DNA of 64,000 nucleotides, from positions 5,526,683 through 5,590,682 of the forward strand of contig JBNZDD010013695.1 of NCBI GenBank assembly GCA_050575255.1, in the 5' to 3' direction. How positions within the stretch are numbered: position 1 is the first letter of the stretch; each line of letters starts with the position of its first letter. Origin of the DNA: Harriotta raleighana. Lineage: Eukaryota. The notes beneath the pieces were generated by a model. That model saw only the letters and a list, made by a program, of their open reading frames with translations, ran no database searches and was not told where the DNA came from. Both the position numbers and the translations under genes were made by a program. Shown here piece after piece: positions 14,209 through 25,349 of the stretch.

Positions 14209-14503
14209 GTTTGCCACCCTGTAGAAGGGAATTTCTCCCAGTCTACTAACAAATAATCCTGCAGTTGAATGATGGTTCATCTCAAGCATTTTTATGGGCT
14301 ATTGCTAATGTAAACTGACTATCACATCTGCCTACATAAAGAAGAACTTGACAGCAATTACCTGCAAATCACTTTAAGACATATTGACAAAGGGTACTAT
14401 AAATTGACAAGCCTTTTTTAATGCGTGTTTCTCTCTGCCTGGTTCTGAGAGCGGGTTTATTATTCAATATTGAATAATAAATGTTATGTTTCTGCAACGT
14501 GGA

Positions 14504-14812
14504 GTGGAGTCCTATAGCTCAGTGGTTAGAGCACTCACCTTACAAGCGTGAGACCTGTGTTTGAATCCAGGCAGGTCAGGGCTAAACACTGCGTACATTT
14601 TCTTACTCCGCACGCCTAACAATAATTCCTCCAAAAAAAAGTAATAAAATTGGTCATTTGAATCCACAACTGTTTGTGGGACACTACTGTGCGCAATTGG
14701 CTGCTGCATTTCGCCCACAAATATACATATAGTTTGCAGTATATTCTGTGAAGCGCTTTGAGACATCTGAAAAATGTGAAAAGCACTATATCAAATGAAA
14801 GGATTGATATTA
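14504..14812 (+). mobile_element. tRNA-headed SINE (short form), full length
   Basis: A box tagctcagtgg, B box gtttgaatcc, Deu-like ctgtttgtgggacactactgtgcgcaattggctgc, tail hairpin. Confidence 0.9.
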
Positions 14813-17639
14813 TAACGTATTCCACATGAATTCTAACAAATGTGAGAGTTTTAAGTGAATGTAGGAGAAAATCAGACTGTATATTCATTGGTTCCACTGC
14901 AGAGACTGATTAGCTTCATGCTACACAATATAGCGTCACAAACTGAGGGATTGGAACAATGCTATTGGATCAACAACCAGCTCCCTCTTATCTCAGTGAA
15001 ACCCATTATTTTTTACTGCCACATTAATACAGCCCACAATCCAGCCCTTTCCCAGGAGTGTTTTTAACTTCCAATTTTACATTTAAAAATGTGTCTTTGC
15101 ATCAGCTGCAATCAGGCCACAGCCAGTGTAAAGCTAAATCTGAGTAAACTGGACTGTTTAGCGTGTCTCACGGCACTTCCCTGTATTTTGCAGAGGAATG
15201 CAGCAGCCAATTTATTCTATTGGATTGCTTAGATGTGCAATAATGTATCTTTTTACATCTTGATCGCTCCCTACAAGAATGGAGATGGGAATATTTTAAA
15301 TCCTGGTTTAACCTGCGCACATGATGGCTCTTGCCACCTTGACACGTAAATGACAACAACAAAGTTACATTTATATAGTGCTTTTCATGTTGAGAGGACA
15401 GGTTTGCAACCAGCATAGCACAGAGAGCAGTGAGGCTATCAAGACCATCCCTCATGCAGGTCGTCAGAAAATGTCAAAATAATTGAGAACTGAATGTTGG
15501 CAATTTTCTCAGAGAATGAAAATCCACTTTTTTCACGTCCTCCCGCAAAAAATTGCACTTGTAATAGAACTATACTGTATTCCATCAAAATCTCTCAGAA
15601 GTTACTACTGTATAAATTGAATGACGAATTTTAGTTAGGGGGTAAATATGATAGCTAATCTGTTCCTACAATTGTCTGACCAACAATCCCCCATATAAAA
15701 TTGGTCATTCACCTCATGACTGTTTGGAAAACATTTCTTTGCATAAACTGACTGCCGTACCTACTTGCTTCACGGCCCCATCTGCTCTCTCTCCCCATTA
15801 TAGAAGCAGCTAACTTTCTCCCCTCACCCACCCCGGTGTTCTAGAATGGGATCAGATGGACTGAAAAGTCTTCTTCCTTCAAACTGATCTAATGCTAAAG
15901 ATTTATAACAAAAAAAGAAAATTACATTTATGGAGCGCCTTTCACCTCTTTGATTGCACTTTTAGTCATAATGCCTTCCTCCCCTCCCCAGCTTCCTCCA
16001 AATTTCAGTACAGTATTTATAAAGCACTTTGAGATACTCTCATAAGGTGAAAGATGCTATTTATGTGCCAATTCCTGCTGTTGTGGTAATGAATTGTTTG
16101 TTGTCATGCATTTTGCTACAAGTGGAAATAAGACAATACTCAAACCTGGAGCCATAAAACACAGACTATAATGTCAACATCAAACAGTGCTGTCATTTTT
16201 ATGGGTGTTCACACTCAAGGGTAAACCGATAAATAAATGGGATGTATCAATATCACTTGCTAAGATTACGCTTGACATCATTCTGTTGTGATTTCTGAGT
16301 AAAATGCTATACTGGGAGCTCATCCCATTCTGGGTTGGATATATAAAATGGAGATATTTAATGCAATCACTTGTTGGCTTCACAATACTTTGTGCTGTGC
16401 CAAAGGTACACACCTCCAAGTACAAGTAATAGAGACATTTATGAATGGCCTTGATATATAAAATCATGGAGGCCCAACATTTTGGCTGCAGGAGGCTGGA
16501 TTCCCTGTTAGAGGAAAGTCCGCTGGTCAACATCAGAGTCTTTGCTTTCCTCATTGCCTTTTCAACATTGTCTCTTCATGTGATGCCAATGGTTTGACAT
16601 GCCCACTTACCATCTAGTCAGTTCTAGTGTGCTTCGGTTTCGCCTTTAAAAACTGGAGAGAGACTAAGTGAGATGGCCCCATTCAAAAATTATTACTGCT
16701 TGAAGATTCTCTCTCCCTTCACAGCTAGCTAATTGTAATTTGCATAACCCTTGGCTTCCCTGTTAAGTTAATAAGGACAGGCATATCACATGCAGGATAA
16801 TGTCAAACATCATGCCACAGCCCTGGCATGCACAGCTTCAGATAATACATATTTGATCTGGATCAATGAAAAAATTCTAGAGTAAAGATATATGATGATA
16901 ATAATGACATACCTCACTATTGTATTACAATAATAGAATACAATTGGCATCTATATGTCAATTACTGTCAATCAGAGTCCTGTAGCTTACTGGTTATGGC
17001 ACTCACCTCGCAAGCACGAGGTCTTGGTTCTATTCCCGTATGGCGAAACGTTGGGCAAAATCTTTCCTCCACACACCTCTGTTTACCAGCTGTAAGTAGG
17101 AATCTGGTTGTGAGGCGATTGGCAGATCTCTTTTCCAGGGATAATAATCCCTCACAGAAAAACAAGATGCCTAGGTTCCTGACTGGCTTGGTGAGGTTGA
17201 GTGTGCAACCATGGAGATTGATGCTGCCAGCGCCTGACGGTGTCATTATTTGCACTCCAGGAAATATTCAATGTTTACATAATTTACTTTATTAATTTTC
17301 TGATTACATAATTTTTTTATTTACTTAGATTTTAAAATTTTATTTATATATTCATTAAAAATGTTAGCTAAATTTACTTTATTAATTTACTGAGTTTATC
17401 ATCTTATCATGGTGAAAATCATTGAAGAGAAAAATTTCTTAATTGCAGACCAGGGATTGGAGGTCAGAGCCAAGGTTTCAGAGTCTCATTGACTTCTCCC
17501 TGAGGAAATGCAGTTTGGATCATAAGTCACTTAGTCCAGCAGTGAGATGCAATCACATTACTGCTTTCCTGAAGAAGGATTTTTCAGTGACTGAATCATG
17601 GTTTCGATCCCAGGTGTCAGCCTGGACCAGTCAATAACA

Positions 17640-17942
17640 ACTCGCTTCTGAGTCAGAATACATTGTCAAGGCTTTGAGCTCATAGTCTAAACTGATACTC
17701 CAGTACAGTGTTGAGGGAGTACTGCATTTTCTGTGATACAATCCTTTGAATGAGATGTTAAACCAAGTTCTTACCTGCCTATTAAAGGTCCAATGATACT
17801 TATCAAAAAGAGAAGCTGGGGACTCTGACCAACTATTCCCTAAATAAAATCCCCATTCAAATCATTAATGTTGTATGCTATTGCTGTGTGCAAATGAGCT
17901 GTTATACTTGCCCACAAATTCAGTCACTCCACTTTACAGTAA
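17640..17942 (+). mobile_element. Deu-domain SINE (SacSINE1/AmnSINE1-like), old copy
   Basis: ctgagtcaga...ctgatactccagtacagtgttgagggagtactgca...gatgttaaacc matches the Deu domain as recalled. Confidence 0.65.
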
Positions 17943-17944
17943 TA

Positions 17945-18258
17945 GTAACTTACATTTTATATAGCGCTTTTCACAATTTATCGACATCTTAAAATGCTTC
18001 AAGGAATTATACAGTAAAGTTAATTGACTGTATATTTGTGGGCGTTACACAGCAGCCAATTGCGCACAGCATTGTCCTACAAATAGTCTTAGATTGAAAT
18101 TACCAATTTTTATTATTTCATTTTTTTTGGACGGATTATTATTAGACATGTGGGGTAAGGAAACTTGCCCAAGATTTTGCCCTGATCTGCCTGGATTCAA
18201 ACACAGGTCTCAAGCTTGTAAGGCGAGAGCTCTAACCACTTAGCTATAGGAGCTCCAC
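17945..18258 (-). mobile_element. tRNA-headed SINE (short form)
   Basis: Full-length reverse copy of the family at 14504. Confidence 0.85.
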
Positions 18259-18302
18259 AAATCCTGTGAAACACTTTGGTGAGCCAATTGAAAAGAAGAG
18301 GG

Positions 18303-18608
18303 CCTAGGATAACGCCCTGAGGGATACCATATGTGATGGTGCGAGGCCTAGAAAAGAAGCCATTAGTGGTGACAAAGTGGAACTGGTGGGAGAGGTAAGA
18401 TTCATGAAGATTGATCTGAAAGAAGAGGCGGTGTAGGAAGATGGAGTAGTCAGCAGTGTCAAAGTTGGCAGAGAGGTCAAGGAGGACAAGGGGGCATACA
18501 GAACCCGATTACAGATGTTTAAAATGCTGTTAGAGGCTTTGATCCGGGTTGTCTCCGTGTTGTGGTCAGGATGGAAGCCAGATTGGAGTGGTTCAAATAG
18601 GGAATGGT

Positions 18609-18640
<32 letters not shown>

Positions 18641-19010
18641 AGGAAAGAAAGAAGGAAAGAAAGAAGGAAGGAAGAAAGAAAGCTGAGATGCAACAACTCA
18701 TTTCAGGGCCTTGGAGAAGAATGGGAGGTTGGAGAGGTGCGGTAGCTGGAGAGTAGGAATGGTCCAGGGAAGGTTTATTCGGGATAGGGGTGACAACAGC
18801 TGTTCTTAGGATGTGGGAACAGTGCCAATGTATAAGGATAGGTTGATGACGTCGATAAGGAGAGGAGGTGGAGCTGTGGATTGAGGAGAGAGTTGGGGAT
18901 GGGGTCGAGGGAGCAGGTGATGGGCTTCAATTTAGAGATGATGGAGTTGAGGGTGGAGTGAGAGATAGGATCAAAGGTGTACGAGGGGATGGATGAGGCT
19001 TTGGACATGA
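18303..19010 (-). mobile_element. L2 LINE RT N-terminal fragment interrupted by (GAAA)n
   Basis: CSLDPIP, LQSGFHPDHNTET and VPQG..LG motifs on the minus strand. Confidence 0.8.
18609..18681. repeat. (GAAA/GGAA)n microsatellite
   Basis: Direct inspection. Confidence 0.95.
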
Positions 19011-19312
19011 GGATGATACAAGATTATTATATTGATTTCAACATCTGTTTGCATCCAGCTGCTGCTGTGTTGGTATAATGGGTGGGCTGTGTTGCCGAAA
19101 GTTAAGAACTAATTTGAATGAATTCTCGAGGTTTGTAGCAGACTATCCCATCCTTTACATCTTCTTTCCTATAGATGTCACTTGTGAGTAACAATTTGCT
19201 TCCAATTCTTTAAACAGTTATATGTGTTTGGACGATTTTCACAATCGTAAACCCACAGAACAAACATTTGAAGTGTACACATGCTGAGAATGTTGTTGGT
19301 CTATTGGATTTT

Positions 19313-21510
19313 GAGCGGAGAGCCCAGCAGAGTGAGGAGCGAACTGAGTGAGGTGGAACACAGTGAGAATTCTGTTGGGGAATTTGGTGAGATTGGAAAT
19401 TCGAAACTGAGGGGGAAAGAGGTGCATAATTATAAAATATATAATAGTTATATTAAAATAATATAAAACAATGGTGAAAGGAGTAGACACGCTCTACAGA
19501 ACTCGGCTGTAAAGAACTGGTACAAAACATTCTTTAGCTGGAAGGGAAATATCCAGAAGATGTGGTACATGTTGGGATCCATGATGTTGGGAATAAAAGG
19601 GCTGACATACTACAGGGGGAGTATCAGAATTTTGAAAAAAAGTTAAAGAGTAGGACCTCAGAGGTAGTGATTGTTGGATCACTCCCAGTACTTTGTGCAA
19701 GTGAATATTAAAATAACAGGACCAAACATATGAATGCATTGCTAGAGAAATGGTACAGAAAGGAGGTTTTCAGGTTCCTGGATTATTGGAGCCTGCTCCA
19801 GGGTGGGTAGGCCTAGTACAACGTGGATGGGTTACACCTGAACAGGACTGCGACCAATGTCTTCACAGGGAGGTTAACTAGTCCTGTGAGTAACTAATTT
19901 TGAGGGTGGAAGGGAATTGGGATGTAGCATCAGATAGGACAAACAAGTTACATAGAGGGCTGGGAGATACGAATAGCAATAGTAAACAGTGAAGTCCAGA
20001 AAAAGGACGTATTTAGACAGGGAAGAAATCCAGAGCAGACTCAGTCGGTGTTGGGAGAGTATGTGCGTAAATGCACGTAGTGTGACAAATAAAATTGGTG
20101 AGCTGCAGGCTAAAGTTGTCACATGGGTTTATAATTTAGTGGCAGCAAGGGAGACCTGGCTCAAACAAGGACAGGGATGGGAGCTGAATATTCCTGCCTA
20201 CATTGTATTTAAGAGGGATAGGGAAGGAAAACAAAGGTGGAGGGATGGCAATATTAATTAAAGATACTGTTATGGCCCTGGAAACGGACAGTGCTAGAGG
20301 GTCCAAAAACAGAATCTATTTGGTTAGAATTGAGCAGAGAAGGAGCTCTTACTCTGTTAGGTGTATACAGTACTATAGACAACCAAATAGTGGGAAGGAG
20401 ATTGACGAGAAATCTTCAAGCAGATTTCAGAAAGATGCCAAACTAATAGAGTAAGTGATAATGAGGGACTTTAATTATCCTAACATAGATTGGCATTATT
20501 ACTCAACTGCGCAGAAATAGGCAGAAGGATAAACCAAGGAACGACAGGCCAGTCAGGCTAACGTCAGTAATGGGTAAACCCCTAGATACTATAATACGGT
20601 ACAATATTTTCACTTAGAAAAATATGAGTTAATAAAGGACAGCTAATACGGATTTGTTAAAGGCTATATCTAATCAATCTGATTTTTACATAACTAATGG
20701 AGACATTGGATGAAGGTAGTGTAGTTGATGTCATTTACTGTATATAGATTTTCAAAAGGCGTTTGATAAAGTGGCACATGAGAGACTTGTAAGCAAACTA
20801 GAAGCCTACAGTATTAAAGGGGCAGTGGCAGCATGGATACAGAACTGACAGGCAGACAGAAGGCAGAGAATGGTGGTGAACGGTTGTTTTTCTGATTGAA
20901 GGAAAGTGTGCAGTGGTGTCCCCAGGAGTCGTTATTGGGACCACAGATGTTTTGGGTCTATATAAATGACCTGGGCTTGGGTATTGGGAGTATAATTTCC
21001 AACTTTGCAGATGATACAAAGTTGGGAAAAGTAGTAAACAGCGAAGAGGATAGTAGTCAATTGCAAGAGGACATAGACAGACTGGTCAATATCTCCGTCA
21101 ATACTGCACCCCAAATTCTGCCGAAACCCTGGTCCATGCCATTGTCACCTCTCAGCTGGACTACTGAAAAGCCCTCCAAGCTGGTCTCCTCTCCTACATC
21201 ATTCACAAAGTTCAGCTCATGCAAAACTCTGCTGCCCCAAACTTCATACCCCAATTACCCCCAGTCCTTGCCAAACTCCACTGACTTTCTAACCTCCTCT
21301 CTCCTCACAGTACCCACTGCCTCCATACTACTGGGTCCGGTTTCCTTCTTGTCCCGCGAACACTCCGCTCCAAAATCAGCAGCCATGATTCCAACCACTA
21401 CACCTCAAAACGTTACAATGCAAGTTGTCGGTGTGGTAAAATGGGCAGAAACNTAGCAGATGAAGTTTAACGTGGAGAAATGCAAAGTGATGCACTTTGG
21501 AAGGAAGAGG
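19313..21510 (+). mobile_element. CR1 LINE, decayed and internally deleted (ORF1 esterase, endonuclease, RT)
   Basis: ORF1: VVHVGIHD (~19562) and DGLHLN (~19826). Endonuclease: CVNARSVTNK...ETWL...GGGMAILIK. RT: PQESLLGP...YINDL...FADDTKL...QEDIDRLV, resuming KWAE.QMKFNVEKCKVMHFG after 21435. Confidence 0.9.
21088..21432 (+). mobile_element. Truncated L2 fragment nested in the CR1 RT
   Basis: gccgaaaccctggtccatgccattgtcacctctcagctggactac (L2 AETLVHA..TS.LDY) and an aatgcaagttg tail; it splits CR1 at DRLV|KWA. Confidence 0.7.
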
Positions 21511-21656
21511 GAGTAGAAGCAGTAAAGCCACAAAACGAGATAAATGGATATGCCCATCCAAGGTCAGATTGTTTAACATAACACAGAATTATCTTTTCGC
21601 GAGGTCGGGGGAGCGAGTGGTATTTGGATGGTAGTATAGAAAACTGCAACAGGGTT

Positions 21657-21712
21657 TTTATTGCACTAAATTATCACAACCAAATGATTTTAAATATAGA
21701 AGTCAATTTATT
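21657..21712 (-). terminator. Tandem AATAAA polyadenylation signals, predicted ADRB2 3' end (~2 kb 3' UTR)
   Basis: tttatt on + at 21657-21662 and 21707-21712. These are the first canonical AATAAA hexamers I found downstream of the stop, just before TE-derived sequence resumes. Weaker ATTAAA hexamers occur more proximally. Confidence 0.55.
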
Positions 21713-23175
21713 CGTACACGAATAATAGCCAACCTGAAATAAATATCCAAATCAAAAAAGTTTAACTTCAGTTTCTTGGATTCATCTGAAAAGCTAAAAA
21801 ATTAGCTATGTCTCGGTATCAACCTCATCCGAAGAATATATCTCAAGACATTAAGTAAACCATGAACACCCGAGGCCTGTTCAGCGCTGAAATAAGCATT
21901 GATATTGCACATTAAAATACACACACAAAAAATATCTATTCTCCAGTGAGGTGAGAGAATTCCAACAGCCAGACAAAAAAAGCCACAACAAAGTGGCAAG
22001 GAACATGAGTCAACAGAATCCGTGTTTGACTAACATTGATGTAAGTTAACCAACCATTCACCTGGTGAAACAAACAGCTGATATGTCTGCTTTCAACCCA
22101 CAGGTGTTGACGTTTTAGACAGTTTTTAAAAAAAAAACAAAACATGCTCTGGAGAATGCGCAACAGGGTTCAGAATTTTAACTGCGGGATGGCGGATTCA
22201 AATGTTGACCTTACATTCATTTCATTTTGATAAACTTTTTTTTACAAAAAAGATTGGACACAGAAGGTCGTGTTGTGCAATACTGGAATAGATAATGTCT
22301 GCGTTCAGAGGTCACACACACACACACAGAGAGAGAGCACCTGCGTCTACATAAACACACTGATTAGCGACACATACAAACAAAGACACACTTTTCAACC
22401 CTCTGTGAGGATCTCGTAATTAAAAGATTTTTTTTGTTAAAAAATGGCTCCCTATAAAACCACCCCCCCCCCGCTCCTCAATAACCATTATGTGCTTGAA
22501 GCTTGATCAACTGCTGGGGGGGGGCAGCGATTTGTGGTTGGGAAGGTTCATTGAATCGCTCCTAAACCGGGAGATGAAGATATGATNTAACCATTATGTG
22601 CTTGAAGCTTGATCAACTGCTGCACGTGGGGGGGGGGGGGCAGCGATTTGTGGTTGGGAAGGTTCATTGAATCGCTCCTAAACCGGGAGATGAAGATATG
22701 ATTCACACCCCACTCACACACACACTCATATTTTCTTTCTCTCAAACTGTACTTGCTCTTCAACCATTCATTTTCACGTGCAACATATGACTGCTCTAAA
22801 CCACCTCTCTTCCTGACTATTAACTGTAGGACTGCACCCACCCCCCCATTTTAATCTATGACTCACTCACAGGACACATTGCAACTCCCTCCAACAATAT
22901 ATAGACATATATATATTGCACTTTGCCGACCAACATTTTGTGTTTTTGTGTTGTATGTATGTGTGTGTGTGTGTAGGTGTGTGTGTGGGGGGGTATTTTT
23001 GCCTCGACTTCCAACTTTTGACGTATTGCTCACATTAACACTGTAAAAAAACGACTAAAAAGAAAAAACTCAACTTGCATTAATTATAAAGGAAAAAAAC
23101 CAAAAAGAGTGCAAACATTATCGAGATAAAATGGGTCCCGACCTTGTCTGATGTGTGGACATTACAACGGTGCTT

Positions 23176-23183
23176 TGTAAACA
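23176..23183 (-). promoter_or_regulatory. miR-30 8mer target site (UGUUUACA) in ADRB2 3' UTR
   Basis: + strand tgtaaaca. Confidence 0.5.
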
Positions 23184-23323
23184 TGAACACGTTGACTGTT
23201 CAAATCATATCGATGTCTGTCTGTCACTTGGGGGGTTTGTGTTTGTATATATATATTTTTTTTAAAAAGGGGGGGATCTGTTCACAATATCGCATGCTGT
23301 CAATGTGGGGGCGACAAAAACGA

Positions 23324-23331
23324 TGAGGTAG
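23324..23331 (-). promoter_or_regulatory. let-7 8mer target site (CUACCUCA) in ADRB2 3' UTR
   Basis: + strand tgaggtag. let-7 regulation of mammalian ADRB2 via its 3' UTR is established. Confidence 0.6.
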
Positions 23332-23696
23332 CTAGGTGGGGGGCAGATGACAAGGACTCTGGACGCACAGAGGAAGGAACAAGAGAAGTTGAGCAAAGTT
23401 TACGAGTCATTTGTTTCCTTCCTCCTCTCTCGCTTTTTCGTTTTTGCATTCCTTCCTCCCTTCCTTCCTTCCTTCTCGTTTTTTATCCGTTTTCTCGCCT
23501 TCTGTTTTTCTCATCAAAAGGAAGAGAGAGAGAGAGAGTTGGGCAAGGTGAACAAGTGGTATCTCTCTCTCCCTTTAATTAATTGCATTGATTCTCTTTC
23601 TCTCTCTCTTTATCCAATTGCTCTCTTTCTCTTCTGTTTTGTCTCTTTTTTCCTCCCCCCTCTCCCCACCCCCCCCTTCCTTTCTTTCTTTTCGCC

Positions 23697-24998
23697 TTAA
23701 ATAACGGAATCCAGGAGCCCCCGGTGATGGGCATTGGGTTGGGGGCTGCCCCCGGGCTGCGGGACAGAGTCGCGGTGTAGAGCGCAGCCGTTGTGCAGTG
23801 ACGGCCGCTCCTCCGCTTGGCCGCCCGTACAGTCGCTGGGGAAGCCGCCGAACGGCCCCGGGTGGGACACAGTGACGGCAGCTCCGTGTGTACCCCGACA
23901 CCCCCACAGCAGAGACTGGAAAGCCCGCCTGAAGTCCGAGCTGCGGCAGTAGATGAGCGGGTTGAACGCCGAGTTCGAGTAACCCACCCAGTTGAGGAAC
24001 ACGAAGACGGGTTTGGAGACGCTGCCCCGGGAGATGGCATCGACCACGTTGACGATGAAGAAAGGCAACCAACACAGGGTGAAGGTCCCCATGATAATCC
24101 CCAAGGTCTTGAGCGCTTTGTGCTCTTTCAAGTTCAAGAAGCGGGAAGTCCTTTTTGGCGCCTGTTTGGCGGCGCCCCCTTTGCCGTTGGGGTCGGGGAG
24201 GGGGTGGGAGCCCTGCTGCTCCCCCACCGCCCCGCGAAACCTCCCCTCGCACCGGCTGATCTTCTTCAGCTGCTGCCGAGCCTCCTGGAAGACTCTTCCG
24301 TACACGAAGACCATGACCACCAGCGGCAGGTAGAAGGAGACGATGGACGAGGCGATGGCGAACTCGCGGTTGGTCAGGAACTCGCAACACTTGGGGTCGT
24401 CGTAGCACTCCTTGGACTTCGGGTCCTGCAGCCGCCACCAGCTCATGTGGATGGGCAGGAAGGAGGTGAGGCCGGCCACCAGCCACACCAGCAACACGAC
24501 CAGCCGGGCCTTGCATTTGGTCAGCATGCTCTGATAGCGGAACGGAGAGGTGATGGCCAGATAGCGATCCAGAGCGATCACGCACAGGGTCTCGATGCTG
24601 GCGGTCACACACAACACGTCCAGCGACGTCCAGAAGTCGCACCAGAAGTTGCGGAAATGCCACTGGTCGGTGACTATCCGGACGGCCCCGAAGGGCACCA
24701 CGATCAGCCCCATCACCAGGTCGGCGCAGGCCAGGGAGGTGATGAAGTAGTTGGTGACCGTCTGCAGCCGCTGGAAGCGGGCGATGGCCACGATGACCAG
24801 CACGTTACCGAACACGATGGCCACGACGATCAGCGACATGACGAGACTGACCACGATCTTCAGGTCCGGAGTCAGGCCGACTTCGGTGGAAACCGAGGAG
24901 TTCATGCGGTCGACGGCCCCACCGTTCCGGGTGACGTTCAGGGGGGAAACCTGAGGGGTCGGGGTTGCCGTAGCGGAGTCTGTGACCTGTGATCCCAT
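23697..24998 (-). CDS. ADRB2: Beta-2 adrenergic receptor, single exon, 433 aa (MGSQVTDS...LLDSVI)
   Basis: Class A GPCR motifs GN(1.50), LACAD, DRY, CWLPFF and NPLIY. Catecholamine residues present: D127 (3.32), S217/S218/S221, N317, N336, Y340. Beta-2 signatures [21 protein letters not shown] and [30 protein letters not shown] at 24998 has strong Kozak context (agaATGg); N-glycosylation sequons N21 and N33. The ORF track's 25127 start is a TTG. Confidence 0.95.
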   Translation of the reverse strand: MGSQVTDSATATPTPQVSPLNVTRNGGAVDRMNSSVSTEVGLTPDLKIVVSLVMSLIVVAIVFGNVLVIVAIARFQRLQTVTNYFITSLACADLVMGLIVVPFGAVRIVTDQWHFRNFWCDFWTSLDVLCVTASIETLCVIALDRYLAITSPFRYQSMLTKCKARLVVLLVWLVAGLTSFLPIHMSWWRLQDPKSKECYDDPKCCEFLTNREFAIASSIVSFYLPLVVMVFVYGRVFQEARQQLKKISRCEGRFRGAVGEQQGSHPLPDPNGKGGAAKQAPKRTSRFLNLKEHKALKTLGIIMGTFTLCWLPFFIVNVVDAISRGSVSKPVFVFLNWVGYSNSAFNPLIYCRSSDFRRAFQSLLWGCRGTHGAAVTVSHPGPFGGFPSDCTGGQAEERPSLHNGCALHRDSVPQPGGSPQPNAHHRGLLDSVI

Positions 24999-25130
24999 TC
25001 TCCACGACAGTTTTTTAAATATATATATATGTGTATATATATCTTGATTGATTTTATCGGCGGGGGTGTGGGGAGGGGGTGTGGGGAGCGGGCAAAAAAA
25101 AAAGTGGGTTTTTTTTCCTCTCTGCAATTT

Positions 25131-25139
25131 TTAATTCAT
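25131..25139 (-). other. uORF2 (ATG AAT TAA, MN*), in frame with ADRB2
   Basis: aaaATGAATTAA on the minus strand, 141 nt (47 codons) upstream of the main ATG. Confidence 0.55.
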
Positions 25140-25226
25140 TTTTTTTTACAAAAAGAAAAAATACCTTTTTAAAGGAGCTGCGGTGTACGGCTGTACGGCA
25201 CCGGGTGCTCCTCCGCCAGCCTGTCC

Positions 25227-25250
25227 CTACCCCTCGTCCCTCTCGCACAT
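25227..25250 (-). other. uORF1 in ADRB2 5' leader (MCERDEG*; second assembled copy reads through)
   Basis: ATG TGC GAG AGG GAC GAG GGG TAG, downstream of the predicted TSS. The duplicate copy (ATG at 25317) has CAG in place of TAG. Confidence 0.6.
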
Positions 25251-25349
25251 CTCGCTTCTTTCTGGTGACGGAAGTTGATATGAANGCCTGCCCCTGCCCC
25301 TCGTCCCTCTCGCACATCTCGCTTCTTTCTGGTGACGGAAGTTGATATG

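Noticed and set aside
14504-14575. tRNA genes (Val-like anticodon loop) at SINE heads
   Set aside because: No proper acceptor stem, and they continue directly into SINE bodies in many divergent copies.
23575-24663. 362-aa same-strand alternative-frame ORF
   Set aside because: GTG start. Scarcity of T at third codon positions removes stops in this frame, and the Arg/Pro/Gly-rich product is uninformative. It would need ribosome profiling to revive.
23817-24992. 391-aa antisense ORF over ADRB2
   Set aside because: TTG start, codon-aligned shadow of a GC3-rich gene, and no recognisable domain.
24999-25127. 43-aa N-terminal extension of ADRB2 in the ORF track
   Set aside because: Starts at TTG and runs through homopolymers and (TA)n; the ATG at 24998 has strong Kozak context.
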